A stretch of 64,000 bases of DNA from Eledone cirrhosa (taxonomy: Eukaryota): NCBI GenBank assembly GCA_964016885.1, contig OZ024750.1, positions 35,898,001 through 35,962,000 on the forward strand, given 5' to 3'. Position numbers and translations under genes: made by a program. Shown here one piece after another: positions 40,770-54,279 of this stretch (position 1 is the stretch's first letter; the number at the start of each line of letters is the position of its first letter). The notes under the pieces are model-generated. The model was not told where the DNA came from. It saw only the letters and a program-made list of their open reading frames with translations, and made no database searches.

Positions 40770-41037
40770 GGGTAAAGGGTAAAGACCGCCTTCGGTCACG
40801 AATGACCTTGGGATTTGCACCTATAAAATTCCCCTCTGAAGCACAAGTCCGGGCAAGGTTGTTTGTGGAAGACCAGCAGTCACCCATGCATACCCCATAC
40901 CAATCTCCCCTCTCCACACCACCGATGATGTCTAAGGGAAAGGCTAAGACCGATACACCTTGGCACCAGTGACGTTGCAATTCATTTCTACAGCTGAGTG
41001 AACTGGAGCAATGTGAAATAAAGTGTCTTTCTCAAGA
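40770..41037 (-). mobile_element. CORE-like SINE family D, 5'-truncated, with (TTTACCC) tail
   Basis: Shares TCATTTCTACAGCTGAGTGAACTGGAGCAATGTGAAATAAAGTGTCTT with family B; distinct body. Confidence 0.75.
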
Positions 41038-41084
41038 CATTGTTGATGTTATTAGGAAATGTCCAGGGTCTTCAGGCCTATACA

Positions 41085-41462
41085 ATGTATCTGGACAGAT
41101 TTCTCTCAATTCTTTCTCTTCAAAACGGATGTAACTCATACTGATGTTAAGGTATTGTTCTCAAAATAAATAATTGTTTCTACTTTTGACACAGTGCATT
41201 ACTGGTACTTTATTTTATTGACCCCTGTAAGGATGAAATGCAAAGTTAACTTCGGAAGGATTTGAACTCAGACTGTAAAAGGCTACATCTCTATGTTGCA
41301 AAGCATGGTGTCTAACGGTCTACTGATACTGCCAAATCCACCGCCCTTAATCAATAATAGTAATATCTCATAGATTTGATATTATGTGAGGTAATTATGT
41401 GAGGTAGAGCCTTTACTATGAAAATATAATACTAAATATAGAGTATTGTAAATACTAATGGG
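41085..41462 (-). mobile_element. piggyBac-like MITE interrupted by a SINE A copy (41172-41346, -)
   Basis: Both flanks are reverse complements of parts of 47711-47917; ends GGG|TTAA. Confidence 0.6.
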
Positions 41463-42149
41463 TTAATCCTTCATAATTTAAACCCTTCCTTTCATATGCC
41501 CACTCTAGATTGTCTTTCTTTATCACTGTTAATATAACAAACAATGTTTTTGTCAAGTCAGATTATTACAAAAGATCAAGACATTGCTTTGTTATTCTAA
41601 TATCGTTTTGAAACCTGAACATTTTCACAAAATCCACATGCATCTTCCTGCCATTAACACAATACAGAAGTCTGAGTGTAAGCATTTCTTTGTTTAAGCT
41701 TTTATGGAGTACTTTTTTTCATCTTCTTTGATGGAAAACAACATATAGACTTGCTAATTATCTATATTTTTTTTGCAAATCTTGGACAATATATGGAAGT
41801 CACATGAAATATCCTGAAACATTTCATTCCAGGTTAAATACTGAAACACTTCTTGGTGATGTGATCTTTTCTAAATGTTGAGATGTGTAGAGTGAGTCAC
41901 TGTGGGTTAAAAACTAATTAAAAACAGTGCAATACTGATATTGTATGACAACATTCTAGAACAAAAGATATTTCCAGTAGCCAAAGGTCAAATAATTAAC
42001 CATAAAAATAGTTTATAGTTATTTATTGAATTTTCAGATATACATTTATGGTTGAAGATCACAAAAAATTCCCGAAATAATGGAATATTAAAAAAAGAAT
42101 TATAACATTAACACAGATTGTAGGAATCAACAGATTCTAAAAAACGTTT

Positions 42150-42357
42150 AACATTACTCTATATATACTATTATATTTTCATGGTAAATGCTTTATCTCA
42201 CATAATTATCTCACATAATATCGAATCTATGAGATTTTGAAAATATATATTTTGAGAACAATACCTTAATGTCAGTTTGAGTGACCAGTTACAGCCAGTT
42301 TCAACAGAAAAAGGTAGAGAATTCTGGCCGGTTTTGACCAGTTTGAACATTAAAGGG
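42150..42357 (+). mobile_element. piggyBac-like MITE
   Basis: Homologous to 47711-47917; ends TAAAGGG|TTAA. Confidence 0.65.
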
Positions 42358-43002
42358 TTAAGCTTTAATGAAGCAAAAATACATGTTAATAGATGAAGAC
42401 TAAGGAAGGCTTTAATATAGCAAATACATGTTTATAGATGAAGACTAAGGCTTTAATGTAGCAAATATATGTTTATAGATGAAGACCAAGGCTTTACATG
42501 TAGCAAATACATGTTTTAAATATTTCAGAGTGTAACATTAATGAACGAATGTGTTAAAATAACATGTATTCTTAAACAATGTTGGCCTAGAAATAGTGGT
42601 AATATAATAGCATATGAGTTATTTATTATCTATAGTGGAAATGTTAAGACTTGACTGATAATATCAGCATTAGAGGAGACTATATTAAATAGGAAATCAA
42701 TGTGAAGACAAGTCTGTACGTGACCTGTTTGGTGCTATTGGAAAACTTTATAGTAAAACAACTGCTTTTGCTATAAAGGTATATAAAGTCATAATTATGG
42801 AAGTATGTAAAGAAAGAATGGAGAGAGATAGTGAGAAAGACATAGAGAGGGTAAGAGAGAAGGAGAGAGTAAGAGAAAGAAAGATGTAGAGAGTTAGAGA
42901 GAAAGAAACAGAAAATGAGAAAATGAGAAACAGTGAGAGAAAAAAAGAGGGAGAGTGAGTGTAAGAGATAGAGCGAGGGGAAGGGGTAACTTCCAACTGT
43001 CA

Positions 43003-46000
43003 TTCATCATCATCATCATCATCAACGTTTAACGTCCGTGTTCCACGCTTGCATGGGTTTGGACGGGGGTAGTCCCACTTGAGGCAAGAGTGATTGTCTT
43101 GCTCGCATAGGACTGTCTGGCAGGTTTTCTACAGTTGGATGCCCTTCCTAACACCAACCACATTTACAGTGTGGGTCTGGGAGGTTTTTACCGTGTTGCC
43201 TACACGGCCACATTACAGCGTGGACTGTGTGTTTTTTTGTCGTGACACCTACACGATCTCATTTGTTTCGGCCTCGATGGCGCGGCACCAACATAACTTT
43301 ACATAGAACGGGGTGGTGTGGATGGGGTGGGGGTGGTGGTGGTGGGACGGGGTGTATTTTGTTAGAGATGCCTACTGGCTGGAGTAGGTTTTACTATATA
43401 TTTAGGTAAGGCGGGTCTTCTCTGTTACTGAGTACCGCCAAAGGTCTCGGTCCAGTGACATTGTCTTGGAGAGGTGTGTGATGTCGGAGTTTATCAGCTC
43501 GTCCCAGGTTTTTCTAGGTCTGCCTATTCCGTGACTACCGTCTATCTTTATTGCCCTGCACTTTGTTATACAGCTATCGACTTTCATGCGCATCACGTGT
43601 CCATACCAACGTAGCCTTCTCTCGAGTAAACAACATCTGATCCCTCTTATCTCTAATTTTTTCCTTAGTTCGTTTATGCTTTGCCGTTCACGTATATTAC
43701 TGTTACACATCCAGCGGAGCATGCAAGCTTCGTTCCTCTCTAGTCTGCGTATATCCTCTGCACACAATGCCCAGGTCTCACTGCCATGCAGCATTGCTGT
43801 TCGTATGCAGGCATCGTACAACCTGCCTTTCATTTTTAGTGAGAACCCTTTAGCAGCTAATAGTGGTATAAGAACCCTTTAGCAGCTAATAGTGGTATAA
43901 GCTCTCTGAACTTTTTCCAACCAGTTCTGACTCTAGCTACAGTACTTTCAGAGCACCCTCCCCCACTGCTGATTTTATCGCCCAGGTAACGGAAGCTGTC
44001 CACTATTTCTATAGAACCCTCTGCGCAATTGAAAGAGCTAGTATTTTGTGGGCACTTGCTGCTACTTATTGCACCAGAGCACCGGCCACATGTAAAATCT
44101 ATGTTCTTAGTTAGCTTACCTGTGATCCCACTACATCTTTTATGCACCCATACTTTGCATTTAGGACATAAAATGGAGTTTCTACCTACGCCTTTCCTAC
44201 ACACTGAGCACGACCATTACCCAGAAGGGACCGCCGCCTTGTTTTCTTTCCTACAAACTAGTACTTTGGTCTTAGCCAGGTTAATTTTAAGTCCTTTTAA
44301 CTCTAGGCCGTGCTTCCATGTTTGGAATTTCTTCTCTAGCTCGGCCATTGATTCCGCTATGAGTGTCAGGTCGTCTGCGTATAGGAGTTCCCATGGGCAG
44401 CCTGTCTTGAACTCCTCTGTTATAGCCTGAAGGGCAATAATAAATAGTAGTGGGCTGAGAACAGAGCCCTGATGGACGCCAACTTTTACGCTAAACTCTT
44501 CACTATATTCGTTGTTAATTCTAACCTTGCTGACTGTTTCTTTATACATGGCTTGTATAGCCCTCACAAGCCATTCGTCAACGCCTAGTTTTCTAAGAGC
44601 CCACCAGATAATGGAGCGGGGGACTCTGTCGAAGGCTTTCTCCAAGTCGACAAAAGCTAAGTAGAGGGGTTTACCTTTAGCTAGGTACTTCTCCTGTAGT
44701 TGTCGTACTATGAAAAGAGCGTCTGTGGTACTTTTGCCTGACACAAACCCGAACTGCATTTCATCTAGGTCAATTCTCTCTCTGATTAGTTGCGCTATTA
44801 CTTTTTCCGTGACCTTCATGACCTGGTCGATTAATTTAATGCCTCTATAGTTACTCCTATCTAGGGCGTCTCCTTTACCCTTATAACAGTTAACGATGAT
44901 GCTGCTATGCCAGTCCTTCGGAACAACCCCATTCTGTACGACTTGGTTAACTATGCGGGTGACCATGGTGTGTCCCACCGTGCCAGATGCCTTCAGCATC
45001 TCAGCAACTATTTCCGAAGGCCCAGCCGCCTTACCCGTCTTCATATCCTTGATTGCCTTACTTATTATACTCCCCTCGACTAACACTGCTGGTCCCTCTA
45101 TTGGGTCGATATGGGGGAGACTGTCTTTCTCCCATTTATTCTCCTCATTTAGTAGCCTTTCATAGTGACACTTCCAAGCTACCTTCTTATCAGCGTCGGT
45201 GATGGCAAGTGTGCCATCGTCGTTTAGTACACACTTCTCCCCGACAATATCACGGTTTTCCTTGACGCATTGCCTAGCAATCCTGAACACCTCACGTTTT
45301 TGGTCATCGCGTTGTAGAACATGCTTGAACTTTCTTTCCTCAGCTTCCCTTCTTGCTAAGTACACTTGTCTCCTAGCTTCCCTCCTGGCCACTTGATAGT
45401 CCTCTCTACTTCCCCCATCCCGCCATACTTTCCAAGCCTGCTTTTTGGCCTTAATTGACCCCTCCACCTTACTGTTCCACCACCATGTTACTCTCCTCCT
45501 GCCTACAGGCCTGCTCCAGCCACAGACTTCGTCTGTCGCCAACAGCAGGTTTGCTTTCAGAAATTCCCACTCTCCCTCTATATTGTCCGACTCTAAATGT
45601 TCTTCCTTACTGTCGAAAGCATCAAGTAATATGCTTTGAAATTTATTCCTGGCTGTGGCGTCCTTTAGCTTCCATATTTTTCTCCTGAGGATAGTCCTCT
45701 TCTGCTGTCGAGTACGTCTCGTCCTGACTATGAGGTCGCTAATTATCAGTCTATGTTGGGAGGTGCATTCTTCATGGGGGAGGGATTTAGTGTTTACAAC
45801 AGACACTCTGTCACGTCTTCTGGTAAGGATATAATCTACCTGGCTTGTGTGTTCCCCGGATCTATAGGTGATCAGGTGATTGTCACGTTTTTTGAAGTTA
45901 GTGTTACAGATAGTTAGGTTATTTGCATCACAGAATTCCAGGATTCTGGAGCCTTCCTCATTTCTAGTACCAAACCCATAGCCTCCATGGATTTCGTCGT

Positions 46001-46592
46001 AGCCGTCACAATGTTGTCCAACGTGACCATTTAGGTCGCCTGCGATAATTATATAGTCACTGTCAGATATTTGGGAGGTAGTTAGCATCAGTGTCTCATA
46101 GAATCTGTCTTTTATAGTGCCGGGCAGTCCGGATTGGGGTGCGTACGCAGATATTACTGTCACCGTAGTTCTATTGAGGACAAGTCGTATTTTAATTATT
46201 CTGTCGTTCACTCTATTTACGTCTATTATCTTATCTGCCCACTTTTCTGCTACCATGATTCCTACTCCACCCAGCCCATCGTCGTTTCCCACCCAGAAAA
46301 GCTTATAACATCGTTTTTTACCCTCAATGAACCTAGCAGACCCACCCCTCCACCTGGTCTCTTGAATACAACAAACATCGACCTCCTTACGTTCAAGCAT
46401 TTCTACAACCTCGTTAGCGCGACCCTTTAGGGTGCCTACATTTATGGTACCAACTCTGAAGTTTTGGATTGCGTTTGGGGGTTGGGGGCGGTGGGGGGCG
46501 GGGGGCGATGGGGTTATGTTAGCCGTCCGCGGTCGAAACAATGAGGAGTGCTCGCATTCTCGTCCGAGAAAATAAATCGAACCTTCTTTCAT
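43003..46592 (-). mobile_element. Near-full-length RTE-clade LINE (single ORF: APE endonuclease, RT, PHD-like finger)
   Basis: GTINVGT, CIQETRW, SAYAPQ, AGDLNGHVG, QVDYIL, SQHRL (APE); FVDLEKAFD, GVHQGSVLSP, LYADDL (RT); (GAT)n tail. Confidence 0.96.
43402..46592 (-). pseudogene. RTE ORF2 disrupted by a TAA at 44217-44219 and a 29-bp tandem duplication at 43842-43899
   Basis: ORFs 44217-46592, 43857-44204 and 43402-43833 are consecutive parts of one protein; SG*WSCSVC versus SGKWPCSVC in the 26161-27735 copy. Confidence 0.9.
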
Positions 46593-46641
46593 TTTGAAAA
46601 GAATGGTTTCATTGTTTTGTTTACCAGTTGATATTATTTAG

Positions 46642-47372
46642 TGGTCAATACTGTGGCTAAAGTGTAATGGTCAGTACTGTGGCTAAAGTGTAATGGTCAG
46701 TACTGTGGCTAAAGTGTAATGGTCAGTACTGTGGCTAAAGTGTAATGGTCAGTATTGTGGCTAAAGTGTAATGGTCAGTACTGTGGCTAAAGTGTAATGG
46801 TCAGTACTGTGGCTAAAGTGTAATGGTCAGTACTGTGGTTAAAGTGTAATGGTCAGTACTGTGGTTAAAGTGTAATGGTCAGTACTGTGGTTAAAGTGTA
46901 ATGGTCAGTACTGTGGTTAAAGTGTAATCGTCAGTACTGTGGTTAAAGTGTAATGGTCAGTACTGTGGTTAAAGTGTAATGGTCAGTACTGTGGTTAAAG
47001 TGTAATGGTCAGTACTGTGGCTAAAGTGTAATGGTCAGTACTGAGGTTAAAGTGTAATGGTCAGTACTGTGGTTAAAGTGTAATGGTCAGTACTGTGGCT
47101 AAAGTGTAATGGTCAGTACTGTGGCTAAAGTGTAATGGTCAGTACTGTGGCTAAAGTGTAATGGTCAGTACTGTGGCTAAAGTGTAATGGTCAATACTGT
47201 GACTAAAGTTTAATGGTCAGTACTGTGGCTAAAGTGTAATGGTCAATACTGTGGCTAAAGTGTAATGGTCAATACTGTGACTAAAGTGTAATGGTCAGTA
47301 CTGAGGCTAAAGTTTAATGGTCAATACTGTGGCTAAAGTTTAATGGTCAATACTGTGGTCAGTACTGTGACT
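46642..47372. repeat. 26-bp minisatellite GGTCAGTACTGTGG(C/T)TAAAGTGTAAT, ~28 copies
   Basis: Period 26; no unique spacers. Confidence 0.97.
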
Positions 47373-47710
47373 AAAATAGAAGACCACGACCACAATATGA
47401 CCAATCTAGGAAGGCTTAGAAAAGTTATAGATACCTCCTTCCTTATAAAAAGAGAATGGTTGGCAACTAAGTACATGTTTTTGGTTTGGGAATGGAAATG
47501 GTAAAGATCATAATGTAGATTTATATTCTTTGATTCTTTGAAATGTCATACATTCATTGTTACATTTTAACAAATATATTATGTAATGATCAAAGTCAGA
47601 GGTTCTGAAAGTGGGCACTACCATCCCTGGAGCATTGAGAAGGTCTCAGGGGAGTAATGGATCCTAAGGCGGCAGTGGGGGCCAGTAGAGATGATATAAT
47701 AATATATTAA

Positions 47711-47917
47711 ACCTTTAACTTTCACATTACTCTATAAATACTATTGTATTTTCATGGTAAATGCTTTATCTCACATAATATTGAATCTATGAGATTTTGA
47801 AAGTATTTATTTTGAGAACAATACCTTAATATCAATTTGAGCAACCAGTTACAGCCAGTTTCAACAGAAAGAGGTAGAGAATTCTGGCCAGTTTTGGCCG
47901 GTTTGAACATTAAAGGG
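47711..47917 (+). mobile_element. piggyBac-like MITE
   Basis: TTAA|ACCTTTAA...TTAAAGGG|TTAA; four copies in the window (also 51383-51513). Confidence 0.7.
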
Positions 47918-49392
47918 TTAAATATCAAATAATACATATTATATAAATATAGTCAAATAAAAAAAAAAAGTAATATTTATTTATACATAGTATATATTAT
48001 ATTATTTATTATATATAAATTAACGATTTTAATTTATTATATATTATTTACAATTTGCGTGTAGGCAGGTCTCTCTGGAAATAAGGGTGGGGCCGCTGAG
48101 GGTATTATGTGGCCGGGGGGAGGGGGGGTATTTTATTTCAGTAACATCACAATTGTTGTTTGAAAAAATTGTCTTCAATAATATATTTCATTTCTGTGAA
48201 CATAGGGGGCATCAGCTTTACCTTTCATCCTTTTCAGGTGGATAAAAATGTACCAGTCACGTACTGGGGTGAATTCTTCCTCTATATCTCTTTCTCACTT
48301 CTTCCTCTCACTGTTTATGCTTCTCTGGAAGAAATTTACTGTATTCAGGCCTGGAGAGAAGGGTTCCACCAGGCTTGAAATGTCTAAGAAATGCTGTATG
48401 CCAATATGGCATCTCTATGATGCCATCAGGAGTTATAGAACAATACCATACCAAACATAGTAATATTTCTTAGAACAATCTTAGTATTCAGTTTGTTTGT
48501 TAATAATTCTAATAGTTTCATTAAGGTTTCTCTGTATTTCATAATACCAAATGTACTTTTTATTTAGCACTTTATTCTGATTCATAGCTTAAAGTATTAT
48601 TTTATTACAGCGCACAAATGGCTGTTTCTTTTTAAATTCATATTTAGATGAGGATATAAAATCTAGATGAGAATAAAATTTTTATTGAGCAAGAAACAAA
48701 ATGTTCATTTTAATATAAAGGAAATATAGATGAAATATTTATTAGATCTTTATAATTTCTTCTGATATAGGAGCTCAGATGTCTTTTAATAACTTAATGA
48801 TTATGTGATAGCTTAAGACAACTAGCAGTTTAATCTCATGATGTTTTATAACCTTAATTAGAAAGCTACAGTGATCCTTCATTTAGTAATTATGCACATA
48901 ATTTTATGTGTATTTATCAATCCATCTCTGTGTCTCCATAGACATTGATTTAGGCTAGAAATTTGATTCTATTCTCTGTTCAACTATTTTTTTGGTTATC
49001 TGTATATCTGTTGTATCTTTGTCTTGCTGTTATGATCTAAATGTGTGAAGAATGTCAGAATGTCTACCGACTACTAGATTAAAGCAATTCTGTTCATGTT
49101 AACAATAAATGAATTCTATCTTTGTACAAAAGTCTGTTTGTTCAGAGTGAATATTAGATGTGTGATATTGTATATCAATGAAATATGGCAACTAGATGGG
49201 AATATATTATAACTGGATAGCATATAGATCAGTTCGGTTTTTGTTGTCGTTGTGTGTGTTTTTTTCTTATTCCCTATACAATTGTAAGGGATACAAACGA
49301 GTTAATGGGAACAAAAAAGACTTATTAGGAATAAAAAACATCAAATGTTTTGTTCTAAAGGAAACTATAATAACATATCCAGGACATTAGAG

Positions 49393-49675
49393 ACTACTAC
49401 TACTACTGTTACTACTACTAATGCTGCTACTACTACTACTGCTGCTACTACTGTTGCTACTACTACTAATGCTACTACTGCTGCTATTACTACTACTACT
49501 ACTGCTATGGCTGCTACTACTACTACTGCTACTACTGTTGCTGCTACTACTACTGCTGTTACTGTTGCTACTGCTGCTGCTGCTACTACTACTACTACTA
49601 CTACTGCTGCTGCTGCTACTATTGCTGTTACTGTTGCTACTACTACTGCTGTTACTGTTGCTACTGCTGCTGCTG

Positions 49676-49707
<32 letters not shown>

Positions 49708-49798
49708 GTTACTACTGCTACTACTACTACTACTACTGTTGCTACTGCTGCTACTAATACTTCTGTTGCTGCTCTACTACTAATACTACAGTTGCTGT

Positions 49799-49830
<32 letters not shown>
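49393..49830. repeat. (CTA/CTG/GTT)n compound trinucleotide microsatellite
   Basis: Explains the poly-L and poly-T/A ORFs. Confidence 0.92.
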
Positions 49831-50248
49831 GGTAACTAGAGTAGATATATGTTCATGTGTTAATGATAATTTAGGGTATAGTAGTTACTACTTAGGGAGA
49901 TTACATATAATAAATAAAATGATTATACATGAGATATTGTGGTAAGTGGTGATAACACAGAAACTTTCAACCTTTAATATCACTGTAAAAATAGACCATA
50001 AAAATATTGCTAATGAATAATAATATATTTTCCATATTCTATTTTTTGTGTGTTCGTTCACCTGTCTTTCTAAGCCTCTTAACAATTAGCAGACATGCCA
50101 GATATGATCGGAATTAATATTACGATGAACAATGTTGAAGGAAATAGATATATTTGTTGGAAGTCTAGTGTTATAGGAGAAAATGATTTCTTTGGTCATG
50201 CAATAAACATTTCATTTATTCATTTGTTTCTTCATCATCATCATCATG

Positions 50249-50287
<39 letters not shown>

Positions 50288-51221
50288 CTTACAATTCTTT
50301 AACATTTATTTACATGGAATATAAGTAGAAAATTCAGTGACTGATTTAAATGCCTTTGGATTAATAATAAGCTATATCATTTATATTGAAAAATATTTTA
50401 AGACTTTAGGAAAGCATAACAGTAAATGAATAATGGTGGTAATGTAGGTTAATATCATATTTATTATTCATTGTCGTGATAGCTGAAAGAATAAAAACCT
50501 GAATTATTGACTTTCATAAAGTCAATAAAATGGTATCTTACTATACTGCACCATAACATACCAAATACGGCATAATAAATCATTCTCCTCCATGATACCA
50601 TTATACACAATACCATTTATTCTATCATGCAATGTTCAATATTATTCCCTATTAAACTATAACATATCTCCATACCATGTCATATAATATTTCATATATT
50701 CTTTTGTTAGCTTAGGCTAGTTACGGATTTTCAAGTATTAACTTAAGCCTGTTTAAATGAATTCTTGACATTATAACTAGCAATAATGCACACATACTCT
50801 CTATATTAAACCCCCCCATCTACCCCTTTGTATACTAATACTAACACACATAAACTAAAGCATGAATACTTATGAAAGTCATACAAAAAATATCCTCTAC
50901 CTCTATTATCATTGGAAATAAATCTGAAGAAAGAACATGGGAAATGTTTATTTTGCCAGTTACTAGTTGTCCATCAACTCTTAACTGGAATTAGTCTGTT
51001 TATTTCTTTGTGTGAAAACTAAAAGCTCACATCTTGTACCATTCATATATCTCATACCTCATATATTTCATACCTCATACATCTCATACCTCATATATTT
51101 CATACCTCATACATTTCACATTTCACAGGTATTAGATTCCTGTCTGGCTTTATAGAGATTGTTATAAGTAAATATAATGGATGAATATATACACACACAC
51201 ATATATATATATATATGTAAG

Positions 51222-51252
<31 letters not shown>

Positions 51253-51539
51253 TCCTTCCTCTTCTCATTCTCTATTTTTCTATTTCATCTTTTATTTCTC
51301 ATTCAATCTTCTGATGAAGGACTAGTGTCCAAAACATGGAGGCTCTTTTGCTACATAGCTTGCACTGTCCTCATAATTATCATCTATGAGATTTTGATAT
51401 TGTTTATGTTGAGAACAATACCTTAATATCAGTATGAGTGGCCGGTTACAGCCAATTTGAACAAAGATGTAAGCGAATTTTGACCAGATACGGCCGGTTT
51501 AAATGCTAAAGGGTTAAATGAGCTAGCATCATCTGATAT

Positions 51540-51656
51540 TATAGAGTTCAAATCCCGTCGCTGTTAACTTTGCCTTTCATCCTTACAGGGTCGATAAAAT
51601 TAAAGTACCAGTAATTCACAGGGTATTTGCTGGCCTTGTGCCAAAAGTAGAAACAA
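51540..51656 (+). mobile_element. SINE family A, 3' part
   Basis: GAGTTCAAATCCCG...GCCTTTCATCCTTACAGGGTCGATA...GTAGAAACA. Confidence 0.85.
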
Positions 51657-51719
51657 TTATATTTGCTCAAGATCCTTGAGGCATTGATTCAGGGTGCTTC
51701 TCCGTTTGTCTGATCAGTT

Positions 51720-51945
51720 GCAAGATCCTCCCAGGGGCGGTAAAGTTGATGACTATAGCAGCTGACAAACGAGCCTGGTGAAAGGAGTGCAGTAATGCCA
51801 ACAGACCAGACACCATACATAGATGTGACCTATGGGACAGAGACTGTCACTCACACATGTTTAAGCACAGGAGATGCTGCTCCAGCCGAGCAGACGGCAA
51901 CCAGGATACCACATATAGTCAGCCCTGACTGAAGGAGGCCTTAGA
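51720..51945 (+). mobile_element. 3' end of a second RTE-type (BovB-like) LINE
   Basis: PDTIHRCDLWDRDCHSHMFKHRRCCSSRA resembles a decayed C-terminal C2H2-like finger of RTE elements. Confidence 0.5.
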
Positions 51946-52544
51946 TGAATTGGTCAAAATCCACAATCTTGTGGAGCATTTGGTTTAATTATTGAGGTGC
52001 AAGTTGATGTTGCATGAAAGAGACTTCAGTACCAAATATAGCAGATGTCATAATGCTTTGCACACACACTCACTATAACACACACACAAAAAAACACAAA
52101 AACATACAGACGCACACAAACAAACACAAACATACACACTTTTTTTTTATTTGACTATATTTATATAATATGTATTATTTGATATTTAAACAAACCAGAA
52201 TAGAAACAATAAGAATATTTACTCATACATTTTTTTTTTTTTTTGAAAACGTGCCATTTTTTTTCAAAACACTGCACTAATTTACATAATTACTCAACAT
52301 GAATTATTCCTCTGATCAAAAGCTATCTACAATGTGGTAATGGTGTATATATACAGTATTCTTAATTTTTCTGTTTAGATCAAAACAGAAGAAATTACAG
52401 AAAAGGTCACATAGCACATGACATTTCCATTGAAAGTAATAGCCCTAAGCTAAGTTTCAGCTACCCAAGTATCAAATACGAATCTACCTCTTGGAAAAAA
52501 AAATATATATATATAAATATATATACATGTATACATGTATATAT

Positions 52545-52880
52545 ATCATCATCATCATTTTACGTCCGCTTTTCCTTGCTTGCAAGGGTAGGATGGGAAC
52601 TGATTCTGGCTTGATTTCTACAGCTGGATGTCTTTCCTAACACCAACTTCATTTACAGTGAGTGCTGGGTGCTTTTTTGCCGTGACACCTTTACGACCAC
52701 TTTCCAGTGGAATGATATGGACCCCAGTCCCTATCATCTCATTTCTACAACTGAGTAAACTGGAGCAATGTGAAATAAAGTGTCTTGCTCAAGGAAACAA
52801 CAAATCACCCGGTCTGAGAATTGAACTCACAACCTTTCGATTGCAAGCCCAATGCTCTAACCACTAAGCCATGCGCCTTC
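52545..52880 (-). mobile_element. SINE family B, full length
   Basis: Matches the family; first of a tandem pair. Confidence 0.9.
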
Positions 52881-52892
52881 ATATATATATAT

Positions 52893-53241
52893 ATCATTCA
52901 TCATCATTTCATTTCATTTTACGTCCGCTTTTTTTCCTGCTTGCAAGGGTGGGACGGGAACTGATTCTGGCTTGATTTCTACAGCTGGATGCCCTTCCTA
53001 ACACCAACCTCATTTACAGTGAGTGCTGGGTGCTTTTTTGCCGTGGCACCTCCACGACCACTTTGCAGTGGAATGATATGGACCTTAGTCCCTATCATCT
53101 CATTTCTACAGCTGAGTAAACTGGAGCAATGTGAAATAAAGTGTCTTGCTCAAGGAAACAACACATCACCCGGTCTGAGAATTGAACTCACAACCTTTTG
53201 ATTGCAAGGCCAATACTCTAACCACTAAGCCATGTGCCTCC
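52893..53241 (-). mobile_element. SINE family B, full length
   Basis: Matches the family; separated from the previous copy by (TA)n. Confidence 0.9.
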
Positions 53242-53639
53242 ATATATATATATATATATATAATAAACAAGGAGATGGTTTTATTCGTTATACATTATAT
53301 GTAAGGCAGTAAGCATATGTCTGAATTTCTCAAGTAGCAGTTCTTATATGTGTGGGAGATAGTTGTCCCAATTGGCGTTGTTGATTGGAAACTGGCTAGG
53401 GTATGAAGTTAGCAGAGCTGTTGCTTGATTCCTAGTGAGGCATGTAGAAACTGTTAGTCTATTTTTTTTATATATATTCCTATATAATATAATAAAATAA
53501 GATAAATAAATACATACACAAGCACAATAACAACAAGCACATAAACACACACTAGTCACCCAGCAGACACAACACTATACACACTAGTCACACAGCACAC
53601 ACAACACTGTACACACACGCAAACGCATGCACAAAGAAG

Positions 53640-53992
53640 ACAAAATAAAATAAACAAACAAGCAAATAAATAAATATAGAGACAGACTGAATAAAAAATG
53701 GCGTAGACATACAACACAACAGGAGGAAAAAATATAACACCACTGACGATGTTGCAGATGTGCAACGAAAGATTTATGTAAATTATGTAAACTATATATA
53801 TGTGTTTGTGTCTATATTGTATCTGTATTATTTTTGACCGTCGGTCAGTCAATGGCAACATTGAGGACCGAGTAAGTTAGATCGCAGATATAAAAGACAG
53901 CGAGAAGCGAAAACCAACCAAACAGTGAGTGTGTTCTGTTATTAATTCTGGCAATATTACACAAATATGACCCTTCCCAAGTATAACAATAC
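53640..53992 (+). mobile_element. Probable PLE pLTR repeat with hammerhead core
   Basis: CTGACGA-TGTTGCAGATGTGCAAC-GAAA at ~53743-53770; homologous to 18731-19060. Confidence 0.6.
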
Positions 53993-54279
53993 CTATATAT
54001 ATTTATTTCTGGACTAGATTTTATTCACTTTGATACTAATTTCAATTTTAGATATTTGTACTTTGATGCTGATGTTATAATGTATCTATATCTATATATT
54101 TATGAATGGTTAATTAATTAATTGATGGTCTATATATGATGACTGTATCTTGCCCATACAGACCTGTTTGTGGCTTGGTTTCTACGGTTGGATGCCCTTC
54201 CTAAAACCAACCAAATTTACAGTGTGTGCTCGGTGTTTTTTATCAGAGCACGGAATGACAATATATATTATAATAATAA

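Noticed and set aside
23205-47372. 40-, 47- and 26-bp arrays as CRISPR-like loci
   Set aside because: Head-to-tail tandem units with no unique spacers, no cas genes and a eukaryotic context
49345-49839. Mucin-like Thr/Ala ORF
   Set aside because: Trinucleotide microsatellite with no supporting gene context
52379-52435. Possible small exon (TTTAG|ATCAAAAC...GAAA|GTAAT)
   Set aside because: Short, no recognisable homology and no partner exons; would need RNA-seq
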